33,916 bases of DNA, taken from NCBI RefSeq assembly GCF_000485595.1, contig NW_014577067.1:801199-835114 (forward strand). Direction: 5' to 3'. Below are positions 1 through 9,775 of the stretch, piece after piece. The translations under genes were made by a program, and so were the position numbers. Origin of the DNA: Priapulus caudatus. Taxonomy: Eukaryota. The notes below the pieces were generated by a model that saw only the letters and a list, made by a program, of their open reading frames with translations, searched no databases and was not told where the DNA came from. Positions within the stretch are counted from its first letter, which is position 1, and every line of letters begins with the position of its first letter.

Positions 1-40
<40 letters not shown>

Positions 41-198
41 CCTGCGCGTGCGAGTTCGCGTGTGTGCGTGTGTATGTGCGTGGGGTGCGAGTGTGTATGT
101 GTTGTATGTGCGTGGGGTGCGTGTGTGTATGTGCGTGTGCACTCTTGCGTGTTTGTATGTGCATGCGTATATATACGTGTGTGTGTCCGTGTGTGTGT
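1..198. repeat. (TG)n / degenerate TG-CG microsatellite
   Basis: Directly visible. Confidence 0.95.
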
Positions 199-1353
199 CT
201 GCCAAGGCCGTACCAGGTTTACGGCGCAACACGCGTTCGCAGAAACATGTTTTGTTCGTGACTGCTTAGAGAGATCGTCTCCTGATACAATAGCGCCCAC
301 GTACCGGACACGTGTCGGGGTTTTACCAATGCTAGCGCAATGCGAGTGTGCCAGATTATGCAATTCCCCGAACTGTGATGAACATGCAGATGCACGATCA
401 TGCTATTATCTGTTCGGTTACAGTACTGAGTGTGTATTTTTAGATGTAGAAAGTATAAACGTGTGAGTAACATACAATGCAAATTCCCTGTGGAACGGTT
501 GCCCTGTTCATGGTCATCAATTGTTTCAGTAATATCCTAGAGAGAAAGCAATCGTGTGTTTGTAGGCCAGATGAGTAGATAAGATGCTTGGGTGAGCACT
601 CTACGAGGTAAACATACGAGATCCATTGTCATCTCACTCCAGTTAAAATGGCGAGAGGTTGACGATGACGAGAAAAATACGATGACGTTTTGTAATGCTT
701 AATAATCATGATGTAAATAAATCAGTTTGAATAATATTATTATAAATAATATATATTATAGTATTATTATATATAATTATATTCATATCGAAAACATTTG
801 TTACAGATATTTACGATCATATTAATTTATATCGATTCCATAATTTATAGAACGCTTATTTACAACCTTTCTTTTTCCACGCCAAAATATTTACTACCAG
901 TTAACCTTTTAGTATAATATGCAGATTGAATTACGTACTAAGTATACCGAGTCATCTCATCATTGCTTTTATTATTAATTACCATTCGTTTTAATAAGCT
1001 CTTTAAATTACATGGGCAAATTAAAATACATTTTAAGATAATAATAATTATAATAATAACAGGAGTGAATAAAATCAAATTTGTTCTTGTTCACTCCTAA
1101 TAATAATAATAATAATACGAATAAACATACGTCACAATGCTATTTCATGCGACATCTATCGTTAGAACCAGTTAGTGCAGCTCTGTACTACCTGAGCCCT
1201 CGGGAAAAAACCGGATTATTTTAGATCCGTGAACAGCAAGTGAGCGTGGGCGACGATGACTGTAGGCGGCAGCGGAGGAATTCCGACGGCTTTGCGTGCT
1301 GCTGCGTAATATAGTCGCGCGTGACGCACGGCTGCAGCCAAGCTCCCTAAGGC

Positions 1354-2105
1354 TTAAGGTCGTGCGACGGACCTGATGTACTGCCGCAGGCTGGCGGGAT
1401 AGTCGTCCAGCTGGCGCGGCGGACTGTTCAGCGTGGGCCTGTTTCTACTCACCGAGAACCCGGTGATGGCGGGCGGACCGGAGCGCCCACTGGAGACACT
1501 GACGCGCGGCTGCACGGCGATGCCGCCGGGCGCGTGCACGCACGTCGTTCCGGCGGCATCAACGTACACGTCGCGCGTGTTCTCGAGGATCCAATCGTGA
1601 ACGTTGCTGATGTTCGTGTAGACGGCGTAGCGGAATCGATCGGGGCAGTTACGTATGCCTCGCTTGACGATGCCCGCCAGCACCCAGACTCCGTTCGGCA
1701 GCCGCAGCGAAACCGGCCCGCCCGAGTCGCCGTAGCAGACGTTTGAGTAGCTTCCGGTGGGAAATCCGGCGCAGAATTCGTCGTCCTTCAGCGTGATGCG
1801 GTCGCGCGCCCGACACTCCTCGGGACTCGCGATCGTCAGCTCCAGCTCCTGCAGCACTTCGGCTTGCTCTAGCGTGCTCGGGTCCGTCACTCCGAAGCCA
1901 GATATCGAGCAGCGATTGCCGACTTGTGGCACGCCGAACAGCTTCGTGGGGCGCATGGCGATCGGCCGGATGTAGGGGGTGAACTGGACGGGCGCCGTTA
2001 GGCGGACGACAGCGACATCTGACGTCGGATGTAGAACAAAACTGTCGTAGTCTACATCAACCTCGTTGCCTTCGTCCACGGACCTGTTGTACTCTCCGAA
2101 GCGAC
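1354..2105 (-). CDS. Protease terminal exon: Asp102, Ser195 and a ~75-aa C-terminal extension
   Basis: Acceptor aaacacag|GT CGC TTC GGA GAG TAC at 2105. Contains GEYNRSVDEGNE (trypsin-type Ca2+ loop), DVAVVRL, FCAG and GDSGGP. Stop TAA at 1356-1354. Confidence 0.96.
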
Positions 2106-3252
2106 CTGTGTTTATAGTAGAGGAGGAGGGAATTATTTGATGAATCTTTGTACATCGTCGTTAATGTAAAAGTTTGTATTTCGGGAAAGTAGGAAATAGA
2201 GGGTCGAGTGTGGGCCATTGAGAGATAGAGAGAAAAAGAAAGAAAGACCGATATATATATATATATATATATAGTCAATAGCACAAGCAGCTGAAAGGAT
2301 AGATAGATAGGTGGAAAGAGAGCGCGGACTAACCGAGAGACAGAGAGATTTGTATACAGCATGTAGGCACCGGCACTTATGCATAATATATCTTTTAATT
2401 ATCGCATTTCATCGGCACAGATTTATTCTCCGATGTGCCGATATTATATATATATACATATATCGAGTATATCTGCCCTGGGCAGGTTGCGTATCCTTAT
2501 AAGGCGCAACGAGTAAATATCGGTAATAACTAATTAAAATACAAGGCAGAGAATTCGTGCGCACCTCGCAGATTCACGAGCTCCTTGTTGCGCACGCAGT
2601 GGGCAGCGGTGACGATGTGGCAGCTGTCGACCAGCGAGCCGCCGCAGTTGTACTTGAAGTCGCCGGGAGTCTTGGCGGCGGACAGGAACGCCTGCCACGG
2701 GTATTTGTCTCGTGGAGCTACCGTACCTGTGATGACGGGTGCGAAAGCGCCACAGCGACGAGGTTAATTAGTGCGCGTCATCGTACGTCACAGATCGTAG
2801 CATGCAGAACAACGCACAGGTGTTTACGTTGCCGACGTGTTTATACATTACGTTTAATAGTGAAAACGGCAGAGAGAGTGGGAGAGGTGGGAAAGGGTGA
2901 GTGTTTGAATGAGTGTGTTAGTAAGTGAGTGAGTGAGTGAGTGAGTGAGTGAGTGAGTGAGTGAGTGAGTGAGTGAGTGAGTGAGTGAGTGAGTGAGTGA
3001 GTGAGTGAGTGAGTGAGTGAGTGAGTGAGTGAGTGAATGAGTGAGTGAGTGAGCGAGCGAACGAGTGAATGAGTGAGTGAATGAGTGAGTTCATTACAGT
3101 GCGTACATACCTCGTACGATATGAAGCCTCGGTCGCCCGCCCCCTCCGCCTGGTGGAGGCGGGATATTTATTCCTACTTGTGCATTCACCACGCACCAGC
3201 TAATAGTTAGACAGACGATGCTGCCGAGCAGCAGCAGTCCAACGCGTGCCAT
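1354..3252 (-). CDS. Secreted S1A (trypsin/chymotrypsin-fold) serine protease, 3 coding exons: join(3252..3111, 2726..2565, 2105..1354), 351 aa
   Basis: The spliced translation gives a signal peptide, IVRG-TVAPRDKYPWQAFL, NCGGSL, TAAHC (His57), SDVAVVRL (Asp102), CYGDSGGP (Ser195) and AVYTNI..DWI. Both introns are GT-AG and phase 1, and the exon lengths 142+162+752 sum to 352 codons. Confidence 0.93.
2565..2726 (-). CDS. Protease exon carrying His57 (not in the supplied ORF track)
   Basis: acag|GT ACG GTA GCT...CTG CGA G|gtgc. Translates (G)TVAPRDKYPWQAFLSAAKTPGDFKYNCGGSLVDSCHIVTAAHCVRNKELVNLR. 162 nt, phase 1-1. Confidence 0.95.
2924..3090. repeat. (GAGT)n microsatellite in the protease intron
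   Basis: Directly visible. A related (GAAT)n tract lies at 3271-3300 on the other side of exon B. Confidence 0.95.
3111..3252 (-). CDS. Protease first coding exon B: signal peptide + short propeptide + H-IVRG activation site
   Basis: ttctgcag|ATG, translating MARVGLLLLGSIVCLTISWCVVNA-QVGINIPPPPGGGGGRPRLH-IVR, then G|gtatgt. The donor is phase 1, matching the next exon. Confidence 0.88.
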
Positions 3253-3645
3253 CTGCAGAAAGATATACAAAATGAATGAATGAATGAATGAATGAATGAA
3301 TTAATTAATTATACATATTAGTACCGACGCTGCACTTCGTACCAGTCTTGTCTTTTGTTTTTGCTTGTAGTTTGTAGGTTGATTGATATTAATTGGTACG
3401 GGTTCGTTTCTAAAATCGAGTAGGCCTATCGAGGTTATATTATACTGGTATGTATTAGGAGAGAATGAATTCTCGCCCACCTATTCTCGACCTGCTCTTA
3501 CTATATTTACTCTTACTTCTTACATGTTCTTTACTTTCTCGACAACATATCCGAGATCATCAACCGAGTAGTATAACAATAGTAATCAGGAGCCTATGAT
3601 ACTGTTAAGACAGTATTCTAAAATATTTAAGACTTATAATAATAA

Positions 3646-3682
<37 letters not shown>

Positions 3683-4799
3683 ATTATATATATATTATAA
3701 AGTATTATAAAGTATTATAACTGTAATAGTATTGTTGACTCTTAATTATACACACAGTTGCGTTTGTTTATTAAGTAGTTGAGCAGTACAGCAGTATTAG
3801 CAGATTATATATATATATGTATATATATGCCAACAGCCCTCACCTCAATCCCCCCCCCCCCGTGTACTAAACACTAACGCGCTGGGGCATGTAATATGGT
3901 TTTAATTGAAGTGTTTCCTGAAGAGTCCTTGGGTGAGAGCCGGTTTGCTGTGACCTGCTGCGTAGACGCCAATGTATAGTAATGCATCAACTCTCACCGA
4001 TCAGGACTGTAGGCCACTGCCGTCTTACATTATTCGCGCTTACTTAGAGTAAAAGGCCAGACTTCATGTGACCTCGCACTACGAAAAGTTTCTATAGCAT
4101 ATATACACACACATATTCCTTCCGATATATTCCTATAGTCGGAATTTTATCGGGTGTCACATGTCAATGCCATATTTTCGCATAAGAATGTAAAATGTCC
4201 ATGAGAAATTCGACAACTAAGCGTGACGTCATCAATGGTAAACTCAGATTTTTGAAGGTTGTGTTAGTTGTACAATTCACAGTCAATTAAGTGATAGGTC
4301 CCTTTTGACTAAGACACGTAAATTAAACTTAAACTTTTGTTAATTTTCTTAGGTCATTATTTATCTTTCTAAATTAATTAATTCTTGACATACAAGTGAT
4401 TGGTACTCTCAACATAAAATGTGTTCTGAACTTCTACTGGAGGGAAAGATGTTTTACATATAATGAAATGTATCCGGTCCTGTCGAATTCTGTTCTTTCC
4501 AACCGAAGATAAATACTAAACGTGAACGCTATTTCGCTCATTCTAATTTTGTTCAGAGCAGATATATTATCGTTTGACAAATACCAGTAAGCCCGGGTAG
4601 AAGCCTGTACTCAATACTCTTATAACGGATTATCATGGATTCTAACACAAGTGTATTGGACAAAGTCCATGTAATATGCACTTGTAGGCCAAGTGTATCA
4701 TGATAACATATAAGATATGTATAATCCACTTCTATAGACCAAAGCAAGTTACAAGCTCACGTATTACCATTACTCATAAGTAGGAGTTAAGGTAAGGCG

Positions 4800-5015
4800 T
4801 GTACTTGTAGCTCTCTAGAGTACTCTACAATTACTCTAGTCTTGCTCTTACCTTTACTATTATTCTCACTCTCACTTTCACTCTTACGCCACTCTTACCA
4901 TTACTCTTACTCTTACTCTTATGAGTACGCCTACTCTTACCTTTATTCATACTTCACCCTAACTCTACTTTTGTTCTAACTCTTTCACTTCTTTACTCTC
5001 GTCTTACTATTTTAC
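4800..5015. repeat. Degenerate (ACTCTT)n hexamer repeat
   Basis: Recurrent ACTCTT/ACTCTC/ACCTTT units. Confidence 0.75.
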
Positions 5016-5212
5016 ATTAGACTTGATTGTACTCCACCGCCCTTATTCGCTTACAGTAATGAGCGCTATACATACCTTTAATGACTCCAAAGCTCACAGA
5101 AAATGTTATTCGTAATAGGAATTTGATTCAAGTCACAGATGCTATGCAATATAGACGTCGACAGAACCTTTTCTTCGCAGAACTTGCACGTCAGCTTATC
5201 TCGCTACTGCTG

Positions 5213-5535
5213 CTACGCTGCGTTGTTTACGGTTATATATCGAACGTATTGCGGCAATGACGTCGGAGGCGAGCCTAGTTCCGGAGGCGTGGATCCTGGC
5301 GTGCTTACGTACGGACCGGTACCCCAGATCCTATGCTGAAGACACCCGACAGTCACCTGCTAGCACACGGACAGACGGCGAGGCTGCTGCACGATGCCAC
5401 GCCCACCCCTAGCGCCAACAGGACCACGGAGTTTCACATAGTATTCACCAACGTTGGTGGAGCGTACGTGCGCCTAGGGGCAACATGGCGCCATGTAATA
5501 CTGTACGACGACTGCCATGCTACCAGTTGCGGACC
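5213..5535 (-). pseudogene. Degenerate remnant of the terminal exon of a tandem protease paralog
   Basis: The minus-strand translation ...CP..RTYA/TNVGEYYVKLRGPVGARGGRGIVQQPRRLSVC*...STPPELGSPPTSLPQYVRYI aligns by eye to the intact gene's CPDRFRYAVYTNI...YVDAAG..GGIAVQPR...SPPRQLDDYPASLRQYIR. It contains frameshifts and in-frame stops. Confidence 0.72.
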
Positions 5536-5574
5536 ATATATATATATATATGGTATATATATATATAGAAAGAG

Positions 5575-5605
<31 letters not shown>

Positions 5606-6770
5606 GAGAATCAGGACAAGTTTCTGTCGTAGTTTTCGGCGCAGTGACAAAACTCTGAACGCGTCCCGTCAAGTAGTGTCATAACAAAGTTGGCATAATA
5701 TAGTTGACAAGATCCCATGTTACAAATTTCACCAACGTCCAAAATGTTGACAAGATTGGCCGACATTAAGACAGTAGCGTTCTCACTCCAGCTCAGTAGC
5801 CCTGCAAGGAATTAGCTCAACACTTTTCTGCACAAACAGATCAACTTTTCACTTGAACAGGTTTATATCTTTAGCAGCATCAGTTTTACAATCAGATGAG
5901 GTTATCTATGCGCGCTTAGATACGCCAGAAAAATCTACTAATGGTAGTTAGGTGACGTGATGCGAAATACCTGTTTTAAATTAACATTGCAGTGCGCACG
6001 TATCATAATGTTATCACTGCACTATTATCATATTATATTCCTTCGTCTGCGCGCATCTGCATCGATCTGTCTGTCCAACACTCTCTCGATCCATCTATAA
6101 ATCTGCCAATGCTGTGTTTCTTATGAAATAATTAAAATTCCACGAATATGTTATAAAGTTATATATGTTTGTATGTGTTATGTAGGGGGATATAATATAT
6201 AGAAAACGCTAAATATTGTGGTGTGTACGAATAAACCGAAAGACGAGAAAAACGCCGAGTAAGACTTGGTAGATATATTTACGTTGTACTATAATCAAAG
6301 TTATACGTAATACAACTGTTTATGTTGACATGCGTTACTGCTACGCTACTAGCTATTACTCTAAAATCTACATAGTAACACTTTTAGAAGTCACATAATA
6401 ATATATCGATATAAAATCAACACCTCACGATACTGACGCTACGGATCGAACACTGTGTTTACGTGATCACAATTATGTATAGCCTTCACAAATACGTTAT
6501 AAATAAAATAGAAAAATCAGGTAAAAATTTACAGCAATGTATGTCGACGACTTCATACAAAACCCAGCGACTGTCTACGACACGGCAAATCGACTTCATA
6601 ATGCATATACTACTTCAAACTGCGCAGCTTGCACGCTAACGGGAGCACATATAGACTAAAGAGTTTTCCCTGCTCCCGCTCCAGATGCTAATAAGTAGAG
6701 TTCTCTTATTGGAAATCATTACTAACCATTGGGCAGCAGCATTTAAAGCATCTACGTGAATTCCCCACGC

Positions 6771-6772
<2 letters not shown>

Positions 6773-6822
<50 letters not shown>

Positions 6823-6925
6823 ATGTGTGTGTGTGTGTGTGTGTGTGCGTGTGCGCGTGCGCGTGCGCGTGCGTGCGTGCGTGCGTGCGTGTGCGTGCAC
6901 GGGTGCGTGCGTGCGTGCGTATGTA
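6773..6925. repeat. Compound (TA)n(TG)n(GCGT)n microsatellite
   Basis: Directly visible. Confidence 0.95.
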
Positions 6926-7065
6926 TCTTCGGCGCCATTGTCACAAACATTTTAACTGCAACATATAGTAACGTCAATTCAAGCATAGCCGTAAGTTTAC
7001 GATGTTGTTTTCAGCCGGGTCTTTGACCGCTAAATAACGATAGCTAACGATTGAGTGTTCGTTAC

Positions 7066-7402
7066 CTCCGACGATTTTCAGACGGCCGTCTCCAAAGCCA
7101 CCCACCGTCCCCGGCGGACGCGGTATGTTGCCCACCGGCGAAATGTTGATCGGAGGTCTCGCGAGAATAGGAGGTGGACCCACGTTGCCCGTGTTGGATG
7201 GAGGTCGGAGGTTGTTGTTCGTGGGTGGCAGGATGTTATTGTTCGTTGGCTGAGCGTTGCCTCTTGGAGGAGGAGGAATGTTGCCCCTATTTGGTGAAGG
7301 GATGCCTCTGGATGGTGGTAGTGGGATGAATCCAGGCTGCGCAGATAGAAGAGTCCAGCCGGAGCTGAGTAGCAGAAACACGATGACTCTTTTCTCGATC
7401 AT
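7066..7402 (-). CDS. Intact protease N-terminal exon A: signal peptide + ~88-aa Pro/Asn/Arg-rich propeptide + K-IVGG (first exon of the upstream paralog and/or an alternative first coding exon)
   Basis: acttatag|ATG, translating MIEKRVIVFLLLSSGWTLLSA-QPGFIPLPP...GDGRLK-IVG, then G|gtaacg. 337 nt, ending in phase 1 like exon B. Confidence 0.82.
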
Positions 7403-7469
7403 CTATAAGTATGCATACAGATTCTCGGTGAGCTCATTATCATGTTGTTTGCCTGCATGCAACCTAATG

Positions 7470-7560
7470 CACGCGCGCACACACACGCGCACACACGCGC
7501 GCACACACACGCGCACACACGCGCGCACACACACCCACTCACACACGCACAAACACACAC
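7470..7560. repeat. (CA/CG) compound microsatellite
   Basis: Directly visible. Confidence 0.9.
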
Positions 7561-7600
7561 GAATGCACGCCGCAAGCTTACAAGTTTTAATGTAAAGTTA

Positions 7601-7608
7601 ACTTACCT
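7601..7608 (-). other. Consensus 5' splice donor (AG|GTAAGT) of a putative non-coding 5'-UTR exon ending at 7607
   Basis: The plus strand reads ACTTACCT. It lies 204 nt upstream of the acceptor that directly precedes the ATG at 7402. Confidence 0.55.
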
Positions 7609-8290
7609 TTACGCAACTTTTTCCTGACGATTCGACAATAATGAATGTGCCTCTTGTCTGATCACATGTACACCGTATATATCACGAGATTGCACATAAA
7701 TTCAATCTATTCAATCTTAACCCCGAGGTTGATTAAACCTCTTGATTAAATGCGCGATAACGAACCTTACGTTGGATTATAACAAATTGATAATCGTTCT
7801 AAATCGCTGATTGTTCTCTGATCGATATCTACGATTGATAGACTGGCACCATCGATTTTCGCTGCGATAATAACGATGCGCATTCAATTGTGCAAATCGA
7901 GAACACGTCCCGTCGACGTCAGTCACTGCCTTTCTGAATCCGCCGACTTGCTACGTGCATGCATGCGCGCACTTTCGTTACTTCGCTCTCCTGCTATCTC
8001 TCCTCCTCCAAATGCACGCGTGCACACGAGCTCTGACGTACGCAGACTAACGCGTCGTGTAACGTCAGTGTCACTCATTAGCTGGCCCAGTCGAGACGCC
8101 GTGATTACGAGCCAAGGATGACCGCTCTAGAACAGGATATGTTCGTCATGTAGGCGGCCGTCGGTGTTTAAAGATAATGGCGACCCTGCTAGTGCAGTGG
8201 AGTCCGAGGGCATTCATGCGCTTACGGAACCTCTTGTAGACAAAGATCTTTCTCGATGTTTTTTCTCCCCCTTTCGTTGTGTGCGGGGGG

Positions 8291-8296
8291 GTATGT

Positions 8297-8358
<62 letters not shown>

Positions 8359-8419
8359 NNNNNNNNNNGTGTGTGTGTGTGTGTGTTGTGTGTGTGTCGT
8401 GTGTGTGTGTCGTGTCGTG

Positions 8420-8492
<73 letters not shown>

Positions 8493-8505
8493 TGTGTGTG
8501 TGTGT
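8291..8505. repeat. (TG)n microsatellite spanning an assembly gap (N at 8359-8368)
   Basis: Directly visible. Confidence 0.95.
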
Positions 8506-9087
8506 AGAAACAACGGGATGATTTAAATAAGAGGTATAACTTTACTTAGGCAAGCTAAACGACCATCCGTGCCGTTTTCTATTTTCGTATAAATAAAGTT
8601 ACATCAGTTAATTAAGTCATTCTTCTGTTGACTTAACGTTGGAAAGAAACCAGTTGGATAACCTCCTTAGTATCTGAACATCTCGTAGCAGACACGCAGC
8701 TTCAACAATATGCATCACCAACAACGCAATATCTTAATTTACAAGTGCACACAAACGAATACGAAGATCAACAAACGGATAAGCAATTCCGAAGAATCGT
8801 CTATTAGCCTTATCGAAAACCACTGTAGGACAAAATACGGTCAACTATCCGAGTTTCTAACTTTGCGCATTCGCATTGGGAAATGCAATCTCGCATCTAA
8901 GCTAATAAACAGTCAAACGATCGACTCCCCGGATGTTAATTTTTTAATATTGTCTCTGAAATGCAAGAGAAAGTCATGGAAACTCATTCCCGTCACAATG
9001 CGTTGACGTTTCCCAGACATTTGCAGGCTCCGAGTGAAGCAACAAACAGACAAGGATTCTGAATGCCCGCACAATATAGAGATACTG

Positions 9088-9212
9088 ACTGTCGGTACTA
9101 TATAAGGATATTCACCGTTCGGCGGCACCATATAAGGATTTACCGTCGGTACCATATAAGGATTGACCGCTGGTACCAGATTAGCATACGCCATGACCGT
9201 TGACACCAGATT
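9088..9212. repeat. Short degenerate ~24-bp tandem repeat containing CCATATAAGG
   Basis: ACCGTCGGTACCATATAAGGATT-like units, 3-5 copies. Confidence 0.75.
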
Positions 9213-9619
9213 GAAAACGGAATTGCATAAATTTCTTAACATCACTAGCTATACTTTAGATTCTGTATAAATATTTGATAACACATTTTATAAGCCACTG
9301 GCCGACACGAATGCATTTCTGACCGCACGTGGTCACTGAAACTCAAGATTTACTCAGTTACGGCTCCTCTCTGACGTTTAGCAAAATATTTACAAAACAC
9401 ATGCATAGAAAATAAATCGTATTTTTACACACGCTCACACACTCCGTCCGTTTTCTTGAAAAGATAATGAACCAAAGTAAGGTACGGTGCGTTGACCTTT
9501 TCAAAATGATTTCTCGATAATCAATATAAAATATAATAACGAAAGCTCCGTAAATTTCATTTCATCATCAAAACGAGACGTAACGGAAATGGAAAAATGC
9601 GACTTTCTGACTCTACTTT

Positions 9620-9775
9620 CAGGGCTGTAGCTAGCAGGGGGAGGGGCAAGGGGGCATGCGCAGGTGCCCCCCAAAGAAAATGTAGATACATTACATGATC
9701 AATAGCGGTGACCTTCCCAGAACAAACCACGCAAGTGGCTTTGCCCCCAGGCCAAATTAGTTAGATACGCTTCTG
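9620..9775. mobile_element. MITE-like non-autonomous DNA transposon (hAT-like CAG termini), copy 1
   Basis: Ends are CAGGGCTGTAGCTA and TAGATACGCTTCTG (imperfect TIRs). The internal blocks AATGTAGATACATTA and CCTTCCCAGAACA are shared with 12831-12988. No TSD seen. Confidence 0.6.

Noticed and set aside
2..466. Cys/Val-rich and His/Thr-rich ORFs here and at 6636-7026, 8164-8526, 24998-25216, 25754-26144 and 26871-27371
   Set aside because: These are translations of (TG)n/(CA)n microsatellites with no protein motifs.
3915..3945. Hammerhead ribozyme-like start CTGAAGAGTCC (also CTGATGA at ~15652)
   Set aside because: The required GAAA core and stems I/III are not present.
8913..9245. 110-aa minus-strand ORF with VNPYMVP repeats
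   Set aside because: It is explained by the 24-bp tandem repeat and has no splice or domain support.
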